NCBI GenBank assembly: GCA_049510745.1
Contig: JBEKYR010000009.1
Span: 64,001 to 128,000 of the forward strand
Origin: Verrucomicrobiota bacterium
Lineage (GTDB): Bacteria > Verrucomicrobiota > Verrucomicrobiia > Limisphaerales > Palsa-1400
Reading direction: 5' to 3'
DNA: 64,000 bases
Shown here: positions 28,891-39,400 of the stretch, piece after piece
Numbering within the stretch: position 1 is the first letter of the stretch
Layout of the letters: every line of letters starts with the position of its first letter
The notes under the pieces: model-generated
Database searches by the model: none
The model's input: only the letters and a program-made list of their open reading frames with translations
What the model was told of the DNA's origin: nothing
Program-made: the position numbers and the translations under genes

Positions 28891-30510
28891 TTACACGGCA
28901 TGGGTACCATAGGTTGGCTCAATTGGGAAATCACGTTCTCCCATCTTCCATGCGCAAAACGCAAGAGACAAAAGAAAAAGCGATTTGAAGACAAACAACG
29001 GCCAAACGAAAAAGAAACATGCCAACCCGATGACGGCGAAACAAATGGCAGAGACTCCGCCCCTCCCTCGTACGCGAGCCAGTCGAACTCCAAAAATTGT
29101 CTTGTCCCCACTGATCTTAAATAGCTTCAAGGCCCTCTTCACACTGAGATATGCAACCAAATCGATAAAGACCACTCCCGCAAATGCGATTTCAGTCTTC
29201 CACCACATGTTCCGGTCGATGCCGACATCATCCAGATAATACCGCCATGCGCAAAGCCCCAAGCAAAGAGCACACAACCAGATTCTGCGCTTGGCCCACA
29301 ACCTCCTCTTGGGTTCAAGTTCGAGAGCCGCTTTAGCTGTGCGTAGCCAATACGCATGATACGTTCGGGCTTCTTTGGCGGGGTCCAGAGATTGCTGTTC
29401 AACAGCCAAAAGCCAAGTCATGGTCGCAACATATTGCTCAAAGCGCCTCGATTGTGGATGCTCTTGATCGCCGATGACGATGACCGAGCTATCCTTCCCA
29501 AAGAGAATAAAGCAGGCGTTCAGAACGGATTCCGGCATGTTCAAGGCGGTCAGCCTGCAAATCACCTCTTTGACTGCAGCGTAGGCCGTTTCTCTCTCCT
29601 TGACGCCGGTCTCCCCCGGCTTCCGCCAAGAGAACATCAAAATAATCCTATTCGGGGGAAGCGTCTTAAACGCTTGTTCGATCTCCCAAAGAAAGTTTTC
29701 AGCTACCGATGATACATTAAATACGGCGAATTGGGATCGCACAAGTCGCAAGGAGACTTCCGCCTGCCACTTCTCATTGGATACGTATACCCGGGCCGCA
29801 CCAAGCTCGGGCAACTCTTCATCCGGTCGTCCGATGGCAACGCAAGGCCCAAGGGTCCTCATACCGTTCACCATGGCCATCTCATACGTCAAGAAACCCG
29901 GGCGCGTTCGTTCCACGGGTAGCTCCAATCCATCATTGATGAAACGTCTCAAGTAAAGGACTTGCGGACGGGGATCGGTCGAGACCGCCATGTCGGCGCT
30001 AGGGGCGGAGAGTTGCTTCCATTCCCGGAGAAATCCATTGCCCCAACGAAAACATTTTGGAAGGACTATCGTATAGATTATTCCCAACAACATTGCCGAG
30101 CGCATGAAGTCGGGAAAATCCTCTGGTGCCTTTTCAATAAAGTAAAAAGGCAGTAGCACTAGAACACTCAAAGCAACTATCCACGCGGCTAACCAACTAA
30201 GGTAGGCTCGCCAAAACTGGGCACGTCGCTCCTCTTGAACAACGAGTGAAAGACCCGTTGCTAGAACCAGAAGCCGTCGCAGAGCGGAGAACGTCTTTAT
30301 GTTGGTGATTAATGCCGGGAAAGGTTGTCGCCATAACCAGAAAGCGAGAGCGCCAATGCAGATTCCGACGACCCACCGATTCGCTTCGGCGATCCACGGA
30401 TAGCGCGAGAATTGGGCTGCAGCACCAAGCAGGGCTCCAGCCAAAGCTGCAATCCAGAATGCTTTTATAGCGTTCAATCGATAGCGAAAATCAACATCAT
30501 CCAAAATCCA
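28891..30510 (-). CDS. multi-TM membrane protein with central TIR-like alpha/beta domain (5' end uncertain)
   Basis: VLYLRRF..DG, AIGRPDEELPELGAARVY...WQ, FLWEI; visibly lower GC than flanks. Confidence 0.65.
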   Translation of the reverse strand, partial: WILDDVDFRYRLNAIKAFWIAALAGALLGAAAQFSRYPWIAEANRWVVGICIGALAFWLWRQPFPALITNIKTFSALRRLLVLATGLSLVVQEERRAQFWRAYLSWLAAWIVALSVLVLLPFYFIEKAPEDFPDFMRSAMLLGIIYTIVLPKCFRWGNGFLREWKQLSAPSADMAVSTDPRPQVLYLRRFINDGLELPVERTRPGFLTYEMAMVNGMRTLGPCVAIGRPDEELPELGAARVYVSNEKWQAEVSLRLVRSQFAVFNVSSVAENFLWEIEQAFKTLPPNRIILMFSWRKPGETGVKERETAYAAVKEVICRLTALNMPESVLNACFILFGKDSSVIVIGDQEHPQSRRFEQYVATMTWLLAVEQQSLDPAKEARTYHAYWLRTAKAALELEPKRRLWAKRRIWLCALCLGLCAWRYYLDDVGIDRNMWWKTEIAFAGVVFIDLVAYLSVKRALKLFKISGDKTIFGVRLARVRGRGGVSAICFAVIGLACFFFVWPLFVFKSLFLLSLAFCAWKMGERDFPIEPTYGTHAV

Positions 30511-31364
30511 ATGACAGATGCCCGTCCTTTGGGACCGCCGACGCCGTTGACGGCAGTGTCTTCGGAGGCCTGCCGGTCTTCCTTGGTGCCCTGGCTGTAG
30601 AAGCTCCACGCATAGACGCGACGCGCGCGGAACCAGCCCTCGCGCTGGAGGCGCTGAAGCCAGTGTTGGACGAGCATGGTCTTGCCCACGCCGCCCCAAG
30701 CGACGAGGGAAACGATGGCGGTATGCGGTTGGGCATAGGCGAGGTCGAGAAGGGCAAGTTCCTGTTCGCGACCGATGAGTTCTTCCTCGCGCAGGCCGGT
30801 GCTGCGGGTGAGCGGGAATTTGTCGAGGAAGGTTTTGGCTTCGCCAAGTGCGGATTCCGGTGTGCGGAGTGCGGAATACTCTGCAAGGGCGGCATCGCCG
30901 AGTTCTACCGCAATTTCGGTCCCAAGCTGTCGGAGAACATGGTCGCGATTTGTTGGGGACAGCGACACGAGCGGAACCGGTGTGGCTTGTTCACGCGGCT
31001 TGATTTGCAGCGAAGCCAGCCAGGGATTTGCTTCCCAAGCGCATTTCTCGCACAGAATCGGCGCCAAAATCAGGCCCTCCTCTTTGTGACGGCGCTGCAA
31101 TTCCGGCAGTTCATGCTGGAGAACGAATGGGGATTTCAGAAATTCATCGGTCAACAGCAGCACAGCGAGGCGGGCACTGCTCATCGCTTGGTTGATCCGG
31201 GCGTGCCAGTCGTCGCCGAGCTTCGTTTCGTCATCATGCCAAACGTCGAGCAGGTGATGTTTTTCGAAGACAGAGAGTTGCGCGAGGAGGCGGTCCTTCC
31301 AAGCCAAGCCATTTCCTCGATGGCTGTAGCTGATGAAGATGTTGGATGGCTTTGGCTGACTCAT
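30474..31364 (-). pseudogene. TIR domain plus truncated STAND-type ATPase
   Basis: IFISYSH, FLKSPFVLQHEL, LIGREQEL, GGVGKT, WSFYSQG; sequence loses similarity before any Walker B at about 30555. Confidence 0.8.
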
Positions 31365-31387
31365 AATCTAAGGCCACAGCCCGAAGA

Positions 31388-31558
31388 CTACTTGGCTGGC
31401 CAAGAATTGTCGAGCGCAATGGGTGGTTGGTTTTGCCATTCGGGGAAGCGGTCGAGGTCGGGCAGTTTGGAGCGGCCGTTGGTCGCGGCGACGAGGACGG
31501 TGAGAAATTCAGCGCGGTGTTCGCCGAGTTGGGGTTTCAAGAACTCGATGAAGTAAGC
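31388..31558 (-). pseudogene. possible C-terminal remnant of a gene cut by the IS fragment
   Basis: start-less open frame YFIEFLKPQLGEHRAEFL...LPDLDRFPEWQNQPPIALDNSWPAK* with host-like GC3. Confidence 0.35.
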
Positions 31559-31699
31559 GATATCCCTGACAAGAATCTGGCGGGTCTCCCCTGTACTTTG
31601 TTAGCGTGAAACGCCGGTTGGCTTAGAATGCTAACGCACTCTTTGCCATCAGTTTCTCTGGTTTCACTGACAGTTATCAGAGGGCACGACTTGGAGGAC

Positions 31700-32000
31700 T
31701 CGGCCCCCCAACCTCCCTGCCGGCCTTCCAACCAGTCGTTGGGTGTCACGTATCCGAGAGCGCTGTGCAAGCGCACCAGGTTGTGGTGGTTCACGAACTC
31801 CTGTACCACCCGCCGCGCGTCGGCCAACGTCAGCAGAGTCTTAGGCCCGATGACCTGCTCCTTGAGCGTGCGATGAAAACGCTCCAGTTTGCGTTGGATT
31901 GTTGGATTGGGGATAATGGGGACTGGTGAGCACGTGGCTGGTTTGCCACAAGCGCAGGAACTCTTTGAAGTCCTTGGCCACGAACTGCGGGCCGTTGATG
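31700..32000 (-). mobile_element. degenerate IS3/IS481-type DDE transposase fragment
   Basis: NGPQFVAKDFKEFLRLWQTSHVLTSPHYP, frameshift, then KLERFHRTLK...RLHSALGYVTP. Confidence 0.85.
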
Positions 32001-32029
32001 CCCCAAGCCTAGTGCAAAGCCCGCCGTCA

Positions 32030-32134
32030 AAGGCCGTCAACGAACACGGCGGCTTTGGAAAATGGACTTCGGAAATATGCTTTAATCCGTCCGACCTGCC
32101 GACCGTGATTCACAATGCGGCAGCGCCCGTCTGA
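32030..32134 (+). pseudogene. C-terminal remnant resembling a type III restriction (Res) subunit
   Basis: KAVNEHGGFGKWTSEICFNPSDL resembles the AVNxxGGFGxW tail, recalled from memory. Confidence 0.5.
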
Positions 32135-32286
32135 CGAGAACGGGAGTCCTCAGATTCAAGTAATCGTGGCTCTTAGGGCCAACTCCCCCCCCTTCTGCGT
32201 CAATCCGCGTATTGCACACCGAAAGCTTTCGGGGCTGCGGGCAAACAACACATAAGCTCTTGTCTCTGTGATCCTTCCGCAACTTT

Positions 32287-32830
32287 CATCCGTGTCATCC
32301 GTGCCATCCGTGGTCGCATTTCCTTTGGTTGCGCCTCCCCGCGCTGCGCTCTCCCCGTCCTCCATAGCTTCAGCGAAGGAAGATGCGGCTAAATCCTCTT
32401 CTCCTGAAAAAGTTCTTGCCAACATCCATAATCATGTGGTATAACATCCATCGATGAAATGCTCATCACATCGGGCAAGACAGGCTTTCGCCCCCGGCGC
32501 TCCGCCGGCGCTCCATTTATTGGTCCTTCTGCGCCCTTCCAAGTTTCAGCCTTTAGCCCTCAGCCTTGTCCCTTCCCTTTGCCCTGTGTCCAATCAAGCC
32601 GGGTTAAGGTAATTTAAGCCAATTTAAGGTAAATCAACCCCCCTCCCCCCCCTCTTGAAATATGAACTCATTCAGCCTTTCACCCCTCAGCCCCACGCGC
32701 CAGCCCACGCGCCAGCGTCAGCCCGACAATTTGTTCACTTGTCAGCCCAACAATTTGCTTACTTGTCAGCCTTCTTTCTTGCGTTGCGGCCCAATTCGAC
32801 TGAATTCGACCCAATTCGACCAAAATCAAT
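32287..32830. repeat. cluster of short tandem repeats and REP-like palindromes
   Basis: CATCCGTGN x3 (32287-32313); 10-mer arrays 32594-32640 and 32791-32830; 24-mer x2 (32717-32764). Confidence 0.85.
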
Positions 32831-33063
32831 ATCGCTCCGCCACGCGATTTGCTGCTTTGAATTGCTGCTTTGAATTGTATTGCCTTCTCCGCCGCCGATG
32901 GCAAAATGAGGCAAATTGGTCTGGATGCTGTTGAAATTCCCGCACCAATCATTTATGCACTGGCAAGGATCGGCGATAAAAAAGTATGGCGGCTGGCAGC
33001 CCGTCCTTGCGCAGCGCGGCCCGACAACGCCGGTCTGAAAATTAACTCAAAATCTCAAACGCC

Positions 33064-34455
33064 ATGATCAGAATGCAACAAAAACCACGATGTCTCCTCG
33101 CCACGGCGCTCCTTGGCTGCCTGGCGATTCATTCCACCCTCCTCTCAGTGGCAGCCCCGTCCACTCCGAGCACCCGCAAATCACCCGACTGGCTCCGCAG
33201 CGCGGTCGTGTATGAAATCTTTCCACGAAACTTCTCCAGGGAAGGGGATCTCAACGCGATTACCGCCCGGTTGGATGAATTGAAGGACCTCGGTGTGGAC
33301 GTTCTCTGGCTCATGCCGATCCATCCGCTCGGCGAAAAAATGAAGAAAGGCTCCTGCGGAAGTCCTTTCGCCGTGCGCGACTTTTACGCCATCAACCCCG
33401 ACTACGGCACCACCAACGACTTCAAGCGGCTGATCGATCAAGCCCACAAGCGCGGCATGAAGCTCATCATGAATATTGTGGCCGCTCAGACCGCTTGGGA
33501 CAGCGTGCTCATGGATCATCCGGATTTTTACAAGAAGGATACCAATGGCGCCATCATCCCCCCCCTTCCGGCCTGGACGGATGTGGCCGGGTTGAATTAT
33601 GCCAACCCGGACGTGCGCCGCTACATGACTGAAATGATGAAATACTGGCTCAGGGACTTCGGCGTGGACGGGTTTCGTTGCGACGTCGCTCCCACCGTGC
33701 CGGTTGAGTTTTGGGAAGCAGCCCGCGATGAACTCGAGAAGCTCAATCCCAACGTCGTCATTCTCGCCGACGCCGGCGCCAAGCCGGAACTGCTTGCCAA
33801 AGCCTTCGACGTGGATTCCTCCTGGGGCTTCTTTTACACGCTGGACTTGGTTATGAGCGGCACTGTGCCCTTCTCCTATCTGAAAGAATCGTGGGAACGC
33901 ACCTCTCAGCAGTTCCCAAAGGGCGCCTTGCACCTGCGCATCTCGGACGACCACGAGCAAATTCGGGCGGTGGCCCGTCACGGCATGGAGGGCGCGCTGG
34001 CCGCGCAGGTGTTGATGCTGACGCTCGACGGCGTGCCGCTCTTTTACAACGGCATGGAAGTGGGTGATGCCACCGAATCCGCCGACCCGGCTTTGTTTGA
34101 AAAAATGCCGGTGTTTTGGAATCCCGGCGGACGCCCTCCTCTGCGCAACATTTACCGGGATTTGATCAAACTTCGCAAGCAATACGCCGCCTTGTATGGC
34201 GGGGATGTGGTCTGGCTCCAAAACTCGGCGGCGGGGGAAGTCGCCAGCTTCCTGAGAAAGGATGAGAAGGATGAGTTCCTTGTCCTGATCAATCTTTCAA
34301 GCCAGCGCGCGACCGGCTCGGTGGAACTGTCAAATGCGGAGGGCTTTGAACCGGTGAAAATCAGCGGCCGGAGCGTCCCGGTTGACCCCCTCGCTTCCGG
34401 CTTCAGCCTCAACGGCTACGAGTGGTTCATTTTTCATCGAACCATTCGCAAATAA
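33064..34455 (+). CDS. secreted GH13 alpha-amylase family glycosidase
   Basis: LGVDVLWLMPI, VDGFRCDVA, SDDHE, GVPLFYNG. Confidence 0.9.
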   Translation: MIRMQQKPRCLLATALLGCLAIHSTLLSVAAPSTPSTRKSPDWLRSAVVYEIFPRNFSREGDLNAITARLDELKDLGVDVLWLMPIHPLGEKMKKGSCGSPFAVRDFYAINPDYGTTNDFKRLIDQAHKRGMKLIMNIVAAQTAWDSVLMDHPDFYKKDTNGAIIPPLPAWTDVAGLNYANPDVRRYMTEMMKYWLRDFGVDGFRCDVAPTVPVEFWEAARDELEKLNPNVVILADAGAKPELLAKAFDVDSSWGFFYTLDLVMSGTVPFSYLKESWERTSQQFPKGALHLRISDDHEQIRAVARHGMEGALAAQVLMLTLDGVPLFYNGMEVGDATESADPALFEKMPVFWNPGGRPPLRNIYRDLIKLRKQYAALYGGDVVWLQNSAAGEVASFLRKDEKDEFLVLINLSSQRATGSVELSNAEGFEPVKISGRSVPVDPLASGFSLNGYEWFIFHRTIRK

Positions 34456-34629
34456 TGATCCGCGGAGTGTTTCCGACCCTTGCCAGCCGTTCACCCCGGC
34501 CGGACGGCAGCTCGCCAGTGTGCGAAACGCACCTTTCAACCGGCCGGCCTGAAAAATCCGCCTTGTCTTTGGCCGGCGCTTGCGGGATGTTACCCAGGCT
34601 CTCCGAAACAGGGCCGGCGATTGTTGAAA

Positions 34630-35070
34630 ATGGATATGCCCCAAGCTTTGGTGTCATTTCTGAAACGCTGGATGATTACCACGGCGGCCGTCGTGCTGGC
34701 CGCCAGTATTGTCCCGGGCATTACGTACACACCGGGGGGCCTGATCCTGGCGACGCTCCTGCTCGGTTTGCTCAACGCCTTCGTCCGCCCGGTCATGCTG
34801 CTCCTGTCGCTCCCCCTGCTCATTTTCACTCTGGGACTCTTCATCCTGGTCATCAACGCCCTCCTGCTTTACTGGGTCGGCCACATTCTCAGGAATTTTC
34901 AGGTCGAATCTTTTGGGGCGGCGTTTTGGGGGTCGCTCATTATCAGCATCGTTTCGATGATGCTCAACGCCCTGACCAAGGGCGGCGGAGGGCCGCGCGT
35001 CGAATTTCGCCGCGGCAATCCCCCGCGCCCGCCGTCCGGCGACGGCGGCGGCCCGGTCATTGATGTTTGA
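34630..35070 (+). CDS. phage holin family (YvlD-like) membrane protein
   Basis: LLNAFVRPV...LPLLIFTLGLFILVINA...F.AAFWGS. Confidence 0.88.
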   Translation: MDMPQALVSFLKRWMITTAAVVLAASIVPGITYTPGGLILATLLLGLLNAFVRPVMLLLSLPLLIFTLGLFILVINALLLYWVGHILRNFQVESFGAAFWGSLIISIVSMMLNALTKGGGGPRVEFRRGNPPRPPSGDGGGPVIDV

Positions 35071-35074
35071 CCGG

Positions 35075-35692
35075 TCACGGCCCGGCCAATTGCCAGGCCA
35101 GGCGCAAGACGGGAACGCCTTGTTTGAGGAACCCCCGCTCGAAATCGGTCAACACCCCGGCCAACTCTTCCGGCGTCGGGATTTCCGCGAAGAACGGGCA
35201 CGCGCCAAAGACCGCTTTCATCCGCGAAAAATAGTCCGCGTTGTCCGTCCGCAAATAAACCGCGCCGCCGTCGGCCAGCGCCTCCCTGGCCAGGGTGGGA
35301 AAACGCTCGTTGATCAGGCGGTGCTTGTGGTGTTTGCGCTTGGGCCACGGGTCCGGGAAGTAAATGTGCAGGGCTTGGGCTGATTTCGGCGGCAGCAGGC
35401 GCTCCAGGAAATAAGACGCCTCGATCCGCACCGCCCTCAGGTTGGCCAGGCCCAGCCGCTGGCCCTTCCGCTCCAGTTTCCGCAGCCGCCCCAGCAACCG
35501 CTCGACGCCGATGAAATCGCGCCCGGAATGGAGCGCGGCGTAGTGCGCCAGAAACGAGCCGTCGCCGCTGCCCAATTCGATTTCCAACGGCTGCCGGCGG
35601 GGAAAAAGCTGCGCCAAGTCCAGCCGCTCGACAATCGAAGCCAGCGGATGGATGAGGCGGGCGGCGGCGGCCTGGCTGGTTTCAGGGTTCAA
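35075..35692 (-). CDS. trmB: tRNA (guanine-N7)-methyltransferase
   Basis: EIELGSGDG, YFPDPWPKRKHHKHRL, TDFE. Confidence 0.93.
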   Translation of the reverse strand: MNPETSQAAAARLIHPLASIVERLDLAQLFPRRQPLEIELGSGDGSFLAHYAALHSGRDFIGVERLLGRLRKLERKGQRLGLANLRAVRIEASYFLERLLPPKSAQALHIYFPDPWPKRKHHKHRLINERFPTLAREALADGGAVYLRTDNADYFSRMKAVFGACPFFAEIPTPEELAGVLTDFERGFLKQGVPVLRLAWQLAGP

Positions 35693-36428
35693 TCAGGCGC
35701 AACTGGAAGTTCTTCACTCCCGCCGCGGTGGTGTAGGTGGCGACGCCGAGCGGTTCGCAAAGATAGATGGAACCGGGCCGCAGCGAAACTTTGCGTCCGA
35801 TTATGGAAACGTCGATGATCTTCCTCTCGTCCAGCCAGGCCTCGATCCTGGCGGGAGTCACGCGCAGGAGGACGTGATACCAATGGCCCGTGTCGAAAGA
35901 CAGGCTCTTGGTCGTTTCGTTTTCCGATGCGTCCTGGTCGTCCAGGCTGGAGAGTCCGACCAGGCCGCCGCCCCACCCGCCGAGGATGAGGCTGCACGAG
36001 GAATCCCCCACGGGAAAGGTCAGCCCGCAAAAAAAGTCGCTGCCGTCCAGCTTGATCGAGTCAAGAACGATTTCGTAATCGGTTTTGGGCAGCGTCCCGT
36101 TGGTCCAGGTGATGCCGCTCAATTCGGCGCCCATGCCGATCTTAATGTAGCCGGACTCAACCGTCACCTCGCCATGCCCGGCGAAATCGGTCACGGCCCA
36201 ATGGGTCAAAGTTTTCCCATCGAACAGGGACGTCCACTGTGTCGTCCAGTGATTGGCGCGCGGCGCGAAGGCGATGGCCACGGGCGGGGGCGCCGACGGC
36301 GCCGGTTTGGGTGGCGGGACCGCTGGTTTATGGCTGGCGCAACCGGCCAGCAGCAAAAGCGCAAGCCCCAAGCCGCGCCGGGCAAGCCGTTTTCTGCCGT
36401 CCGCCGAATGACTTGGTCCGCGTGTCAT
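35682..36428 (-). CDS. DUF1080 family lipoprotein
   Basis: lipobox LAGC; WTSLFDGKTL; GSDFFCGLTFP. Confidence 0.85.
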   Translation of the reverse strand: MTRGPSHSADGRKRLARRGLGLALLLLAGCASHKPAVPPPKPAPSAPPPVAIAFAPRANHWTTQWTSLFDGKTLTHWAVTDFAGHGEVTVESGYIKIGMGAELSGITWTNGTLPKTDYEIVLDSIKLDGSDFFCGLTFPVGDSSCSLILGGWGGGLVGLSSLDDQDASENETTKSLSFDTGHWYHVLLRVTPARIEAWLDERKIIDVSIIGRKVSLRPGSIYLCEPLGVATYTTAAGVKNFQLRLIEP

Positions 36429-36489
36429 GAATAGCGAGACTAAACTCAGCGGCGGCCCGTTCAAAGCTCAAAGTCCGAAATGCGCCCCT

Positions 36490-39400
36490 TTACGGAGAGG
36501 CCACGCGGTAGTAGCCCTGCAAGGAGGCGACGCCGTTGGTCACGACGCGGACCGAGCCGTCGCCGGTGAAGGATTGCAAGGGGGTCCACATGGCGTTAGT
36601 CAGGGCGTTGTTGTACTCGACAGTGTAGGTTTGGTTGCTGACGGTTTGAAACGAGAAAGTGAAATTGCCGCCGAGGAGCAGCGGGTTGGCGAGAGTGGGC
36701 GCCCACGGGCCGTTGCAGCAAACGTTGCTTCCGCCGTCGTTGACCGCGATGGTGTCCACCCACCAGCCGACCGAGCCATAGGCATTGCCGATGTCCGTGG
36801 CGCAGCGCCATTTCAACTGGATGTTTTGCCCGGCCGCCGCGGCGGGAAGGCTGGCCACCGTCGTGATGAAGCCGCCGGAATCGCCGCTCCACGCCGCCCG
36901 TCCGGCCAGGGGATTGCCGGTGTCCGAGGCGATGGTCTGAGCATAACCGTTGGTCAGAAAAACGCCGCCGGCCGCCAGGAGATCGCTGAAGGCGTTCGTG
37001 CCGATTTGAATTTCCAGCACGCCGCCGTCGAACGCTTCCGCCATGTCATAGGGATTGATTTCGAGATTGATGCTGTGGCGGAAAACCACTTGCGCGGCCG
37101 CCGTGGCAATGGGAATGGAAGGCGAGAGCAACTCGGCGATGCCGGCGTTGGTGACGGCCGTCGCAAAGGCCGAGTTGGGTGGGGAATCGGCGCTGTTGTT
37201 CGTCGTCACCCAGGGGATTTGGCCGCCTGTCACCGCCGTGGTCCAACCGGACGGCAGCGCCGGCGGGGTGACAGCATCAAAATTCTGTGTCAAATCTATT
37301 AAAGGAACGAATTGCCCCAGGGGAAAGGTGAAGTTCACCGAACCGAGGCTGGCAGGGCCGTCCTGCAACTGGAGCGTGGCCGTGAGCGTCCCCCCGCACT
37401 CGCCGCCGGCGGTGAAGGAGAACGCCGCCTCCACGGGAGCGCCGCCCGCCGGCAGCACGCCGCACGCCACCGGGCCGCCGGGAGAGAGGACGCCGCCGCC
37501 GGACAGGAGAGTGGCGGCCAAATTAGTCGTATTGACTGTGCCCAGGTTTTGGAGCGCGAAGCGGACCGTCACGGTTTCGCCGGGATCGATCAGGCCGTTG
37601 GCGGGCAGGCAATTTTCCGCGGCGACGACGGCGCCGGCGGGAACAATGACGGGCGGGCCGGCGCCGGCCGCGTTGTCGATTACCAGGGCAAAGTCCTGCG
37701 CCAGACCGTTGCTGCCGTTGGGCACGCCGATGGAATTGAGGCTGGTGGCGGCGACGGTGACGGTGAAGTTCCCCGCCGCGCCCGGCGGGAGGAAAACGCT
37801 TTCGACGTTGTTGGCCGGATCGGGCGCGCCGCCCGCGGCCGACCAGGCGTTGCTGAACACGTTTCCCAAATAGGTCTGGCCCCCGATGCTCACTGTCAAG
37901 TCGAGGTCGTTGTTGTAAGCCGCGCCAATCGTGCTGCCGGGGGCGTCGGTCCAGGCGACGGTGACGCGGAAGGGAAGGTTGGTGTCGGCGACCGAGCCGG
38001 AGAAGGCGCGCGTCTGGCCGCTTTCGGTGAAGGTATCGACGCCCAGTTGGTCGCGGACGATGCGCGGCACGCCGTCAAAGGCGGCGCCCAGGTCCAATTC
38101 GCCCATGCCCTGGGCGTCCGACCAAAGCGTGTCGTTTGCGGTGACGCCAGTCAGGTAGCGCGCGCTATTCATCAGCCAGGCCTTGGTCATGGCCGGCGAC
38201 GGCGGGAGGAACGACTGATTGAGGAAGTACTGCCGGAGCAGGGCGCAGCCGCCCGCCACGCACGCGGTGGAATGGCTCGTCCCCGAAGAGGCCGTGTAGA
38301 ATTGCTGGCCGGGCGGGTAGTAAGTGCTTCCAACCCCGCCGCACACGCTGTCGCCGTTGTAACAGGAATCGGCCGTGCCGAAAGACCCCGGATCGCCGGC
38401 CTGAACGACGCCGCCGCTGACGTGGGTCGAAGGAGCGACCAGGTCCGGCTTGTGGCGGCCATCGGCGCAGGGGCCGCGCGAGGAAATGTCAAGAATTTCG
38501 TTGGCGCTGCCCGCCTGATTGTCGCCGATGTTGCATTCGTCGTAGCCGCCGAAGGGTTGCACGTTGTCGGCGCCGCCGACGGCGATGACATTCTTGGCTG
38601 TGGCCGGCTCGTCGGGGGTTTGCGCGCCCGGCCCCGAATTTCCCGCCGCGAAGACGATGACCATTTCCTGGTTGCCGGTCGCCGGATAAGGGGAGCCGGC
38701 GGGCTGGGCGTCGCGGACCAGCGCGTCGAATTCCTGCGAAGCGATGCCATAATCGCCATTGGCATTGCCGTAGCCCCAACTGTTGTTGCTGACGCGAGCG
38801 CCATCCTGGTAGGCCTGGTCCTGCAATTGGCTGAAGCTCAGGTTGCCAGTCGGATAATCCGGGTCAAAAATGACGGACGACCCCAACTGCACAAAAGGGC
38901 AGACTCCCAAGCCGTAGTGATACCCCGCGTTGTCCGCAAACGGATAGCCCGAGGCGTTGTCATACCCGCCGATGATATGCGCGTTGAGCGTGCCGTGGCC
39001 GTCGCACCCCTTCAACGTGCTGCCCGCATTGGGCGTCCCTTCCAGGCGCGAGTAAACGACCCGGCTGGCCGCGTTCGTTTCGCCCTCGCTGTAAAGACCA
39101 AAATGGTTCGGCGTGGTCGTGCCATCGTCAATCCCGCTGTCGGTCACGTCCACGACAAAGGCCGAGGCGGTGAATTGTTCCTGGGTGAAGCCTTTGCCGG
39201 CGAGCCAGGCGAGGTAGCCGGGGCCGCTGGGCACATTCCCGGAGAGATTTCCCGCAACGATCTGATCCTGCCGTTCGCAAAGTTTTTTCGGCGCAAGGAA
39301 AGGCCGAATCGAAATCACATCGGGCCGGGCGGCGAGAGCCTTCACGTCGGCCGGTTTCAAACGCGCGATCACATTGAGATACTGCAAGACGCGGCGCTGC

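Noticed and set aside
30533..32052. GCCGTCAACG-N4-CGGCGG inverted pair as IS ends
   Set aside because: The right copy is explained by AVNxxGG codons of the Res-like remnant; not IS3-like termini and no target duplication.
32717..32771. 24-nt repeat as a mini-CRISPR or guide array
   Set aside because: Head-to-tail copies without spacers, only about 2.3 units.
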